A stretch of 58,184 nt of DNA, the filler included, from Basidioascus undulatus (taxonomy: Eukaryota): assembly GCA_000826855.1 (NCBI GenBank). It is 8 parts of 8 records of this genome, joined end to end, with 100 filler letters (N's around TTAATTAATTAA, not from the genome) between each part and the next. Parts side by side here need not be neighbours in the genome. Positions count along the whole stretch, not along the records: positions 7,319 to 14,533 come from JTLS01001593.1; positions 14,634 to 21,795 come from JTLS01001594.1; positions 21,896 to 29,100 come from JTLS01001595.1; 5 more parts are not named here. The stretch is one strand, 5' to 3'. Below are positions 10,859 through 22,344 of the stretch, in pieces. Position numbers and translations under genes: made by a program. A model generated the notes under the pieces. The model was not told the origin of the DNA. It ran no database searches and saw nothing but the letters and a program-made list of their open reading frames with translations. Position 1 is the stretch's first letter; the number at the start of each line of letters is the position of its first letter.

Positions 10859-13756
10859 CCTCGCTGTTGGAGGGGTAGGTAAGTAAACAAACTTGCACAT
10901 TGCTGCTCTACGTGACGAGACTGACAAGAGAACGCGTGCGTTTAATAACGTATTACAAGTCCGTGCTGCCTTGTGCTGTAAATGCGGCCCTATGTCAGCT
11001 TACGGACCCGGGTGGGACTTCGCGAGCGCACAACGGTCGTAAAGAGCAGAGCATGGTGTAATAGCTCTTCGGGTGCGTAAACCTCGGTGAGGTTGGTCGG
11101 CTGCTCACAGGAACTGGGGGGCGCTCTCCACAGCTCTGTGTCCGGCATACAGCAAGTGATCTGTGTAGTTGGATACGGCATCAATTGAAGAGCACATTGT
11201 GTTGATTTTCCTGGTGAAAGTGTTCAACCAAGCTTGGGTGGGGTAGTGGTAACCTGGGTCGTTGCCATCCGATGTCGACCCGCCCCGTGTTCGATTCACG
11301 GTTCAAGCAATATTTTTTGTACCTTGGGAGCCAGCGGCCATGCATTTTTAGAGGCAGAGTGCAAGGCGGCGAGCGGATGGGGAAGGGCTTATTTTGAACG
11401 CTATTTGGCTCTACGAAACAACTTAGCGAGGATCGACAAAATGAATTAGGACGAATTTTAAGGCGGGCGCCACCACCAGAAGAGAAATGAGAAATGAAAT
11501 GCGATGTGCACACGGGGCTGTCCGCACAGAGGCAGACGCGATTGACACTACAAGGAGGGACGGTCTTTTCCTACAGTTTGTTACAGCCCATCCCCCTCGA
11601 ATCAATTATTTGAAAATTCTCTTATTTCTCAAATCAAGCCTCTACCTACCGACCCCGCGGCGATAGACGCCAGCGGGTCGTACTTAGGCAGGCGCAGGCA
11701 AACGCAAGAGAAGCAGTTATCTCGCACCTGCAGATAGGTACATGACCTTTGTTTTGGTGTTAGCTCCAAGGGAAATTCCAGTTTGTATCAACAAGCGTAT
11801 AATGACCCGGGATTGGCGTAAGGACTACTATGTCGGGCAGAATGTCTGAAACGACAGATGCATTGAGCCAGTTGCATGTCCTTTGCTTGAGCATCCTTTT
11901 GCTATACGCTCGGTTCCTCAAGGGCTCCAGGAAATAAAATTGACCAATTTTTTCAAAACAACCTTATCGACATCACTCTCGTCGCGAATAACGCTTTCAA
12001 TCAACGGCGGCGCCAGAAGATGGACGGAGCGTGGCCAGGGCTGCCCGATGAGTGCGCCGGCCACAGCTCCTTCTCGATGGTAATCCAATGGTATACATTC
12101 GGATGCTAAAGGCGAAAAGGCTTTGGAGTCTGTCCTAATATGAGATAGTGCAGCCGTGTATTGAGGTATCAGCCTCATGTTCAGATCCGTGTGAGAACGA
12201 GTGCATTCATCAGTGGCTGGCAGCATTGAAGCGGCTGTTGATGCGTTGATGGCTGCTCTGCAGAGTACAGACGATCCTGGAAAAGAGAAGTTTCAATAAT
12301 ATGTTACACTCAGCTGGTCAGGCTCAAATGACTGCACTCGAGGCTGCCCGCACAGCCTTGCAGTGCGCTCCGTCCTAGCTAGTGGTCAGGCCCACGCCTA
12401 CTGCAGGCACTGCGGAGTGTCATCGCCTCACCATGAGGTCTCTCCCGAAAGAAAAGCAGATATACTAACGTTACTTCTGAAGCACCGCCGCCGTTACATA
12501 CGCACTGCATGGAAGCATGGACCTCTTTGGACCTCACGCTCGGGTATCAACTGCACCCTCCAAGCGCTTCCAGCAACCTTTCGCCCTCTCAGCTATATCA
12601 GGTACGGCATATCCCCTCTTCGCCCATCTCCTCTCCATCTAGTCTTTTCTGAGCGACGAAAAAGATCAAACACCATCTGTAGTCGCCGTTGCGAAAGTAC
12701 CGGTACTGCTTGTGCTTTGCTCCGCCGACCGAGTCCCCCGTCTGACCGTTGGGCAGTCGATTTGCGGGCTTCTGTTTCCCAACGGGGAACGTACAGGACT
12801 GACTGAAGACGGAATGAAAAGCAGGAGTTTGTTTCAAGGATCAAAAGATCGATCTCTCCTGTGAGAGGCGTGCGACGTAAACAGATCCAGAAGGGGGGAG
12901 ACGTTATGCTGGGCTGGCACAGGAGAGGCAAAGGAGCCTCAGAGGGGCACAGAAGGCAAGTGCAGTACGCCAGCGCACCACACTGCAGCCGTCCTGGCTG
13001 TGCTCAGGCATTAATAATGATTTCAATTCCAAGTTCAAGTGCTCACAGTTAATTTTTCCTATCAAATTTGAGCGATGAGGAACCGCAAGGAACCACTGAT
13101 TCCGCTGCCCGTGGTTTATGGCCCGCAAGCCGGCCGGAATCTGTTCGGCTGTCAAGTCTCCAGGCAGCTTGCTGCGCCTCCTGCTTTCCCGCATCCTCGG
13201 TTCGCTGGGTCGTTCGCTCGCGTTATCAGCTCGCCCGAGCTCGGTCGGATCGGTCCCTGAAGGCAGTCACATACCGGGAAGTTAGAGTACACAGCCGAAA
13301 GTTGCCCAAATTGAGCGCGCCGGGGGCGCGTTCCCAGCGCGCTTTCAGCCTATCAGGCTCTCACACACTGCACCGCACTCTGAAACGCATGTTTGCCCTG
13401 CCTCGTACGGGTGGTATTTGTCGGACTCTGACGGCGCCACTCCGGGTCGAAGGACCCTGGCAGTCCGACAGCGCCTTCTGAGCCATTCCTTCGATTCCTG
13501 TGCCGCCCCCGCGTGGTGAATGCGTGCCCGTTACTGAGCGACGCACAAGTCGGAACACTCGTCGCTGGCTGACTCCCTTCTCTTTCCCTTCCACCACCAT
13601 CATCTTTAGCGTGCACAATCACTCACATCCGTTCCCTGGGAGAAGCGGAACCCAATCGTACACTCTGCTCTCGCATTCGAAAACAGCAATCTCGCTGAAC
13701 TCTCTATCGTATCGAGCTATCTTTCGTTACGCTTTCCACCGCGTGTTTACCGCGAG

Positions 13757-14533
13757 ATGCCCCGCGAACCCAAGGTCCCCCTCAAGCGCGGCCAGGCGTG
13801 CCTCAACTGCCGGTGAGTCTCTCCAACATACGGCTGTGAAGTGGTTTCAGGATTGCTGAGGATGGATGGTGGCGTGCAGGCGCCTGAAGCTGCGTTGCAC
13901 GGCCGAGAAGCCTTCTTGTGAGCCTCCCTCTTTGATCGAACCCGCACAACTATCCGTGCTGAATGCAGTGCCTTCTGCTTGATAGGCAAGCACTGCATCA
14001 GCACTCGCAAAGACTGCATCTACGAGCACCTGCGGGCGAACGCTGCGCCCGCGCACAGTGCGTGTCTTCCCCTTGCCGTTCCTTCTTCACACACCCCTTT
14101 CTCACAGAACCCCTTGGTGCCTTCCCAGACCCCATTCCTCCAGCTCGACCGCTCCCTTTGGACTGCGCCGATGCAGGCCTCCTCGTCCAGCCGTCCACCT
14201 CCATCCTCCCCCTGCCCCCCTACCTCCTTTCCTCGCCCCCACCCGAGCTCAACGGCGCCTGGCCGGTCGAGCTGCCCACGCCGCTCTCCGCGCCGCCGCC
14301 GACAAGTAGTAGCGATGCTAGGAGCCCGTCCCCAGCGTGGGATGCGCTGGGGTGCTTCAATCCCTACAGGTTCACCCCTCCCGCGTCGCCCCCTCAGCCC
14401 ACCTCCGCCGGGCTCTCGACCGCGCCGTTGCACCCCGACCCCCTTTCGACCTGTCCCACACTCCTCTCCAGTTCTCACATCCCGCCCACAAACCTCACAC
14501 CACATGCCGGCGCTGAACGCATTCCCCAAGTTG
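13757..14533 (+). CDS. Zn(II)2Cys6 transcription factor, 3'-truncated at gap
   Basis: MPREPKVPLKRGQACLNCR|RLKLRCTAEKPS|CKHCISTRKDCIYE after removing two GT-AG introns; all six Cys present. Confidence 0.88.
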
Positions 14534-14633
14534 NNNNNNNNNNNNNNNNNNNNNNNNNNNNNNNNNNNNNNNNNNNNTTAATTAATTAANNNNNNNNNNN
14601 NNNNNNNNNNNNNNNNNNNNNNNNNNNNNNNNN
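14534..14633. other. Artificial contig spacer
   Basis: N-run/TTAATTAATTAA/N-run, 100 nt. Confidence 0.98.
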
Positions 14634-17600
14634 GGTGCACCGGACCTCAACGCCGCAAGCAGATGGGCAAAGCGGTTGCTTCCTCTTCGTCGCTGTCGGG
14701 GACGATCGCAGCGCCTTTGCCTGGCCCAGCGCTCTCGTCGTCCTGGTCGACCTTCATCGCGTCCGGCGAGCGTGACGCTCGCCGGCCCCGACCCGCGAAC
14801 CGTCGAGGAACGTACCCGGGCTCGAGCTCGTCCTCGCCTTCCCCCTCATCCTCGTCCTCTTGTTCGTTCCGCTGCTCGGGAGCAGGCTCCTCCTCGTGCT
14901 CGTCCGACGAGATGACGATAGCCCTCCCCGAGACTGACGGCTGCTCCACCCGCCTCCCGCCGCCCTCGCTCCAAATTGTCCGCCTCGCATGCGTCGACTG
15001 TGGCCGCTCCACGTTCTCCTCCCTCCAGGGGATGTTCAACCATGCGCGCCTGGTGCACAAGCGCGACTACGGGAGCCACGACGAGCTCGTGCGCACGTGC
15101 AGGGCGGAGGACGTGCCTGAGGAAGACGTCCCCAACGGGCATCCGGCCAAGGTCGCACTCGCCGAGCGGCGGAGGGGCGAGGGGCGGACGGGCATCCCCA
15201 GTCTCAGAGGCATGTTCGAGGCCGCTGTCGGACCGGCTCCTCCACCGTCCCTCCCTGCGCCTTCCGAAGCGATGCCTAACCCCACCCCTGCAACCGTACC
15301 TGCACCCCTCGACCCGACCTTGCACGCCCTCGGCATCCACGCCCAGACGCCGTCCCTCGCTCCATTCCTTTTCGGCCGCAAGGCCACGCGCCCGACAATT
15401 CAAGTCGTCGAGCCGGACGGGGAAATTGACATCCTCTCGGACGCCCCCCCCCCTCTGGACCGCGGAGGAGTCTGCGGATAGGGAGGTTGGCGAAGCGGGT
15501 TAAGCTGGACTCTGAGGAGGAGAATGGGGACGTGGGGATGGACGCTGAGGAAGTGAAGGAGATGGACGGGATGGTACGAGCGTTCGAGTTGCCGGGCGAG
15601 GTTGTGAGATTGCTGGAGGGGGAGGGAGGGCCGAGGGCAGGAAAGGAGATGAGGATGGACGTGGACTTGGATCCGAACCCGGCAGACGACCGACCTATAC
15701 CTCCCCCTGCGCCCGCATCGGCGGCGACGACGGACGGACCGTCCTCCCGCTTCCACATCAAGCAGCGCTTAGTGCTTTCCGAGAAGACGCGATATCTACC
15801 ACCTTGTTCGTTTCCGACATCCGTACCCTCTTTCCTCTTACTGCTTTTTCGTTTCTGACTTCGCTCCTCCCGCATAGCCCAACGACCCCCCTCCGCCCCG
15901 CTTAACGCATTCGCGTGGTCCTTACAACTAACCTCTACATCATACGTACGTTCAACACACGATTCTCTTCCGCACGCATCGCTTCCCTGCTGATGGCGTC
16001 TACCCCTTGAGGACACAGAGCGCACCCATATCCACCTTCCTTCACTCCGTCTCCTACCTCCCGACCTACTTCACCACCTCTTCTGCGTCTCTCCCTGCAT
16101 CCTCCTCTCATTCCACTAGCACCACGACTGCCTCCTCTTCCCTCCCCACTGCCCTTTCCCCCTCTCTCCCGGATCCAACCTCGACCTCGCACCCCGACGC
16201 CGGAGAGTACACAACCCAGACCGCGCCCTTCCGGATCGATGGCGCTGCACGCGGAGACGTCCATGTTAGCGTGACGCTGTCGTTTGTGAATCCGGAGCGT
16301 AACCGACCATTTCAATTTGGGTGGTGGATCTCCGTGCGTTCTGTCCTCCTCCAGCTCTGTCTTTCCCTATAGTATTCTGACGAGAGTTGCTGGGCGTGGC
16401 GAGCACAGATGGCGGATGTCGCGTCCGGTACGCACACGCGCACGTCGGCAGCCGAGCACCTCTTCGACGTCGAGATCTCCAAGGACACCGCTTTCCTGCA
16501 TGCTCCCGCTCCCACCGCTCCCGTCCCGACCGCGCCCCCTTCACAACCCCAACCAAACGTGCCCTTCGCGCTCGAACCGCCGAGGGAGGGGGACGCCTTG
16601 GCTGCTGAGGAGGAAGAAGAGGAGGAGGAGGAGGAGCGAGGTATGTTCACCGCGAGAGGCAGGTTACGAGATAAGGGAAGCTGATGGAGTGGGGATACCC
16701 CGGACAGCGTTCAAGCCTTTCGAGGGAATGATTCGGGACGTGATGTACCGGTTTCCGCTCACTTTGGAGGGTGAGTGACCCACGTTCATCAGACGAGGTG
16801 GAGAAATGCAGAGCAGAGGGTGGATGCTGACGGTAGGAAAGGACTACCTCAGACACGAGGCACGGACGCGCACCGGCGGGCTTGCCATACCCCGTTCCCA
16901 AGGACGAGGACACGCTGCTCGCGTTCCCAATGGGCAGGCGGAAGGCATTAGAGGTGCATTAATGTTCCGTCGCCCCCTATAGCCCACCAATATGGCTGAA
17001 CATTCATCATGCAGTACCGCCGCGCGCGCGCCCTTCTCTCGCACCTCACTTCGCACCTCGCCTCAACATCCTCCCCCCTCTTCGAGGACGCCTCGACGCT
17101 CACCGCCCCGCAACTGGCACGTTACCTCGTCCGGGCGGGGTACACTCTTCGCCCCTCCGCCTCCTCCGCCTCCACATCCGCCGCCGCTGCACCGAAGACC
17201 TCCCGGCAGCGCGTGCTCGCCTTCCGGCGGGCGTATGCGCGCGGAGAGATCGCGCGCGAAGACATGGAGTTTTGCGCGGTTTGCGGAGTCGCACTGGCTC
17301 TGCATGCTGAGGGGCCTGGAAGGGAGAGGAGCGCGGCGAGCTGCGTCGCGGTTGCGGATGGGAAGACGGATGGGGTGGCCTTGGAAGAGGCGCTCGGAGC
17401 AGGACTGACGGTGTACGAGCCGCCGGACGAACCACCCACAACGACGTCCACACCCACGCCCACCATCCTCCTCTCCTCTCCGTCCCTGCTCCTCCCCCAC
17501 ATCCGGCCCCCTTCCCTCGTCGAGTTCGTGCGCTCCGTATCACTACAACTCCAGCCGTCCCCATCGCCGGCCCCACAAACCCGCTTTCTAAGCGCTCACG

Positions 17601-18031
17601 ATCTCGCGCCCTACGCACCCCTGGCCCTCGCTACGCGCGCGTTCCTCCGCAGGCTCCTCACCCGCGCAGTCACCGTCCTGCGTGACGAGGCGCTCGTGGA
17701 CGACGCGTCTGCGCGCACGGCGCCGGGCGGGGTGCGCGAGCTGCGCGCGCGCCAGCGGAGAGGGCTGAGAGTGGGATGGGGGACGGCACACGCCGTGCCG
17801 AGGGCACTGACGCCCGTGCATGTTGTGCGAGCGCTTGTTGGAGGGGCGGGCGGAAGGGATGGGTTTGATGCGGTGCTTGGTGGGTGGGGGACGGGAAGAG
17901 TTGTCGGCGGGGACTACGGAGAGGAGGCCGATGACGGGGAGGTGAGGGTCAAGGCAAAGGAGGACGTGACGGTTAAAGAGGAGCAGGAGGACGGGGAGAG
18001 GACAGTGATAGTAAAGATGGAGGAAGTCTGA
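14634..18031 (+). CDS. Chromatin protein with AHC1-like C2H2 finger, degenerate YEATS domain and YEATS2-like C-terminal/histone-fold region (5'-truncated)
   Basis: CVDCGRSTFSSLQGMFNHARLVHKRDYGSHDE finger. RFHIKQRLVLSEKTRYLPP..WSLQL..ISTFLHSVSY..PFRIDG..VSVTLSF..FDVEI is YEATS-like. RFPL..GRRKALE|YRRAR, then LALATRAFLRRLL..LTPVHVVRAL is histone-fold-like. One apparent frameshift in a C10 run near 15444-15453. Confidence 0.72.
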
Positions 18032-18348
18032 AAGATACGCGAGAGTGTTGTGTGGGTCTGGCTCTGGGAGAACGGAAGATAAGGATAACATTTACTACCA
18101 GATTGTTGAACGATACATGGGAAGGACTGCTGGTTGACTCACGCTTCACGCTAATTAATGCAGGACGGCATTGCCGTGAGCGGTCAGCAGTGAGAGCGAT
18201 CGGTGCAAGAAATCGGTAAACAAACAGTCACACTTTAGTACTACCAGATTCTTATGAAGCTGAAAAATCACTTTCCGGCTCTTCTGTGCATGGTACTCAT
18301 AAGGTGTGGGAACGGAAGCAGGGTCTTTTCCAAGCAAAAGAAGCTATC

Positions 18349-18429
18349 GTCGTGTTGGCGCAATGGTAGCGCGTCGGTTTCCGATGAACAATCTACCGGA
18401 GGTTGTGGGTTCGAGTCCCATGCACGACT
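18349..18429 (+). tRNA. tRNA-Arg(CCG) with ~9-nt intron
   Basis: Acceptor GTCGTGT/GCACGAC, D-arm GCGC-AATGGTA-GCGC, anticodon stem TCGGT/ACCGG with loop TT-CCG-A plus intron, T-arm GTGGG-TTCGAGT-CCCAT. T6 terminator at 18432-18437. Confidence 0.9.
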
Positions 18430-18777
18430 CATTTTTTCGTTGCTTGTCTTTCGCCTCCATGTGTGAGCTGTCTTGACCGAATGCCCATCCTTTTTGCGGG
18501 TAATCGCTTCCTTACTCCCAAGTCCCAAACCGCCCCGCCTGCCCCTGAAGCAGTCATGGGCGACCACGCTCACGGATGGTAGTTATTTAGTTCACATGCC
18601 ATGTTCATCTGTGCTGCTCATCGTTCTACCACCCGCATCCAACGCATGCATCATGCTGTTCACCGTGCGGGACAAAGTAGCGGACCACGTAACGGGTAGA
18701 TGTCCACGCTCGACCCGGCACTCCCTTCTCATCTACGCCTCTCACTCTTCTCTCTGGGAATTTCCCACTCCATCGGC

Positions 18778-19600
18778 ATGTCCACATCTTTGCCACTCTC
18801 CACGCCTCTCCACCACTCCCCATGACGCCGCAGTTCAAATAGCCGCGTCCATCCCGTCCGTTTCGTCCGCCGAGGGTGACACGGCTGGGGTTGAGAATGC
18901 GCTCTGGACGCTTTGGAATGATGTGGTGAAAGCCGGCAAGGAGCATCAGGAGAAGCCGACCTGTTGCGGCTGGTCGAAACGCTCAAGGAGCAGAACGTGC
19001 GTGGGGAGGGGCAAGGCCGCGGGAAGTGGCGGATTTGGGGGAACGAGGTGGGATGGCAGGACTTGCCAGTCTTTGGAATGACAATGAGGGAGGCTTGGAA
19101 CGGTACGTCGATGAATTCTTCACATTTGTCCATTCCATGTGTGGGCTCATCGCGTGGCTTTTGCACTGAAGATGAGCCGCAAGATTCAACCGACCCCACG
19201 GCCGCCGCACACTGGATAGCGATAAACGCCTTCGCTGCCCGTCTCACCTCCTCCATCGGGATCTACAACCTCTACGCGATCTGGACCCTGCGCGATGCTC
19301 TCGAGAACGACCCGCCAGCCGGCGCGGGGCGCCGCTCGCGATCCGCGCCGCAGCGCAGTGGCTTGAGCACGCGGCCCCGGCGCTCCGGGCGTGCGACAAA
19401 GACTTCTCGCGCCCGGAAGAGAACGGGGAGGACGGGGATGGACAAGGTGGAAGTATGGCAAGGAAGGATTTGATGAGGGGCAGGTGGAAAGTTTGGGAGG
19501 CGAGGTGGGAGGACCTGGCTCGAGAGTTGGATGCGGAGGACAGGGAGGTCTGCGAGACTGCACTAAGGAGGATGCGAGCTGCGAGGGACCAGAAATAGAC
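18778..19600 (+). pseudogene. DUF3632-like gene with several frameshifts
   Basis: LWTLWNDVV, WQDLPVFGMTMREAWN, WIAINAFAARLT, YAIWTLRDALE, AAQWLEHA and GFDEGRWKVW occur in family order but in three frames. Shifts near 18810, 18955, 19330 and 19450; one intact intron after 19082. Confidence 0.75.
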
Positions 19601-21037
19601 TGGTGGAATGGACCTCTTGATATCTTGATGGGACTGTTGGTTGGTGATGCGTGCGCTCAGTCACCGATCCTCCCTCGGCTGCGCTTCGCAGTGCAATTTG
19701 GCTGTATGTAGACAGTTTCCGCTGCGACTGCACACATGCCACATGTGATCGCAGTGCGCTTTAGGATGAAGAGAGAGAGCACGACTCGCATTGTTGGCAC
19801 TTTCACCCGTTGTTGTCTGTCACGCAGAGGATGCCATCTTGGACTTGGTAAAACTATCAGATCATCAACTTGAAATGTCGCCACAATGGGAAGGTGGCAA
19901 CACGTGAACGAGAAAAATAGAGAGGACAAACGAAACAGCGGAAGCCGTCGTTCCTGTTTCGGCCACCAACATTCGGAAGTTCACGTCCACAACAGCTTTG
20001 GACTGCCGGCTCATCGCGTACTGAAAGACATTTTGGAAATCAAATGTCCAACCTGCGCTGTTTACTACTCATCTGCTCCCTTGGTGAAGCGGATGACGGT
20101 CGGAAGCTTGGTAGCTCAGAGCTCAATTACTTGCCGTTCGGACGATGGTTGTATTCGCCAAAGACCCCGAACGGCTGCCTGTGTACCACTCTGTTCCGAC
20201 ACATTAAATGCATGCTCATCTGGTACCTTTGTAGATCTCGGCGCTTTTCATGTGGCTATCAAGCATAACAAAACATCACTGCGGTCGCGTGGTAGCCACC
20301 GAGGCGATCGCTGACGTCCGAGTCGGTCCGAATCGACGTCGGCCCTGCTTGTCGGTACCCTCGAGAACACGTCAATTCCGTAGCCCAATATATGTCAAGG
20401 TGCGTGTGATTCGTGATTCTGAACAAAGAAGCAGATGAAGCTGGTCTGTATTCCTGGTCACGGCGGAGCGGAAGCAATATCTGACAACGATAACATTCCT
20501 GATGCGGATATACTCGCCCTCCTTCCTGAATACCTGGGGTTCAGGTCGGGATGAACAAAGGTGAGGGCCTGCAGGGCTCACTGAACGAGGCAGAATCAGT
20601 GAGAGGCGGCGGGCGAGACCGCCTGTCAGCGCTTGCTCGCCCAATCCGGCAGTCGTCGCGCGCAGTTGCCTACCTTGGCCTCCTCCCTCGCTCAGGAACA
20701 CCGGTAACGGCTATCGCAACTCTCTCGTGGCCCACGGACTCTACTCGCCAGAGGCGCGATTGACATTCTTCTTGGGCTGGACGGTCGTGTGAATGGACCC
20801 TTCAAAGGAGGCAAACGTCGGGGTCTGCGGACGAGGCGCTCACAGGCACGCGTTGCTGTGATGGACACCGAGGGAGCTGGGATGCAGACCGGGGGGGCAC
20901 TCAACTTTGCCTCCTCAACCATCTCACATCCAGCATTCTACTCTTTCATCGACGGACTCCTTTCGATCTTCCGTTCTCGCGGGACTCGCACTCGATCAGC
21001 ATAAACCAAGCAAGCATGCCCGCAGGCGTGCGCGCTG

Positions 21038-21795
21038 ATGACTGTCGTACCCATCATCACCCTCGCGGGCCAGCTCGACCCGATCGAGGAAGACGAAGAC
21101 GAGGAGCTCACGTACTCGTATGCGTCCTCGCCCGTCTCTTCACCGTCCTTGTCCCTGAATGTAGGTCGCTTCCGTTCATCCAACCTCGCGACGTCCCTCA
21201 GGTTGACCCTCACCCGCTCCCAGTCCTCTCGCTGTCCCTCATCCCTCCTCCTCTCCCCCACGCTCCCCATTCCGCACGGCGCATCTCATACTCCTCCTGC
21301 GACGGCGCTGCGTCGTCGTTCCAGTCGAGCGTCCTCGCACCCAGCTTCAGCAGCCGCAGCTCTGCGTACTTTGCCGACGGATGGGACGTCAGCTCAAGCC
21401 ACCTGCGAGTGTGGCGGGAGGGACTGGCCGGGATCGACTGTGGAGGACGAGGACGCCGTGGCAGCTCGCAGACGCTCCGATATCGAGTCGGAGATCCGGA
21501 AGCTGGTACGTCTTCTTTTATCTGCAGCAGGGACACGGGAGCTTATGCGGCAAACGCAACCGCGAACAGCAAGGACTTCTCCAATCGCTTTCCACCCACT
21601 CGCACTCCCCCGCTCGCCGACGCTCCTCCAGCTCCAGCTTCTCCTCCCGCCACTCCTCGAACGGCAGCAGCGTCAGCGGGCCCTCCAATAGCTTCCACTC
21701 GCACGTCCATACCTCCTTCCTCCTAAGCGGCGCCCCGCGCTCCCGCACGTCCTTCTCGCACCCTCCACCGCCGCGCACTCTGCCCACCCTCCCCT
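21038..21795 (+). CDS. Hypothetical Ser/Pro-rich protein, 3'-truncated
   Basis: ATG 21038 MTVVPIITLAGQLDPIEEDEDEE with plausible introns (gtaggt 21161, gtacgt 21506). Runs into the gap. Confidence 0.5.
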
Positions 21796-21895
21796 NNNNN
21801 NNNNNNNNNNNNNNNNNNNNNNNNNNNNNNNNNNNNNNNTTAATTAATTAANNNNNNNNNNNNNNNNNNNNNNNNNNNNNNNNNNNNNNNNNNNN
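21796..21895. other. Artificial contig spacer
   Basis: N-run/TTAATTAATTAA/N-run, 100 nt. Confidence 0.98.
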
Positions 21896-22344
21896 CCCCG
21901 CCCACCGGCCCGCGCTCCCTCGCGGACGTCCTCCGCAGACGGGAGCGCGAGCTCGGCCTGCGCTGCGACGCGGCGTGCTGCGCGTTCGCGCCTTCCTCTG
22001 ACCTTTCCCCCGACTCCTCGAATGAAGACGAGGAGGAAGAAGAACCGGAACGCACGATGCTCAACCTCGTCTGCGAGGACGGGGCGCCCGCGTGCCCGCA
22101 CTTGCTGCACCCGACGTGTCTGCGCACGGCGTCAAGGGTGGAGGGGTATCTTAGAGAGATGGACCAGCGGGGCGGCGAACGGGGCGGGGAGGAGGTGGGT
22201 GGGGAGGAACAGGAGAAGGTACTCCTGAGGTGCCCGGTGTGCAAGACACCGGGCAGCGTGAGCGTCGCGGGCCTGATGTGCAGCATTGGGGAGGAACTCG
22301 CTGCTCCCGCCACTGCTGCCGCGGCGCAGCATGAGGCGGCGTGA
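21896..22344 (+). CDS. C-terminal RING-like zinc finger of a 5'-truncated gene
   Basis: RERELGLRCDAACC..CPHLLHPTCL..LRCPVCKTPG; stop at 22344. Confidence 0.7.

Noticed and set aside
10900..13400. Transposon remnant in this lower-GC tract, and similarly at 55100-56200
   Set aside because: No terminal repeats, target duplication, or RT/integrase/transposase motif could be recognised by eye.
15444..15481. Programmed frameshift or true stop in the YEATS2-like gene
   Set aside because: The single shift sits in a C10 homopolymer and everything downstream is intact; a sequencing error is more likely.
18375..18395. tRNA-Gly(TCC) reading of the first tRNA
   Set aside because: Stem pairing TCGGT/ACCGG puts CCG at positions 34-36.
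21038..22344. One gene spanning the gap (Ser-rich N-terminus + RING C-terminus)
   Set aside because: The halves are on different contigs joined artificially.
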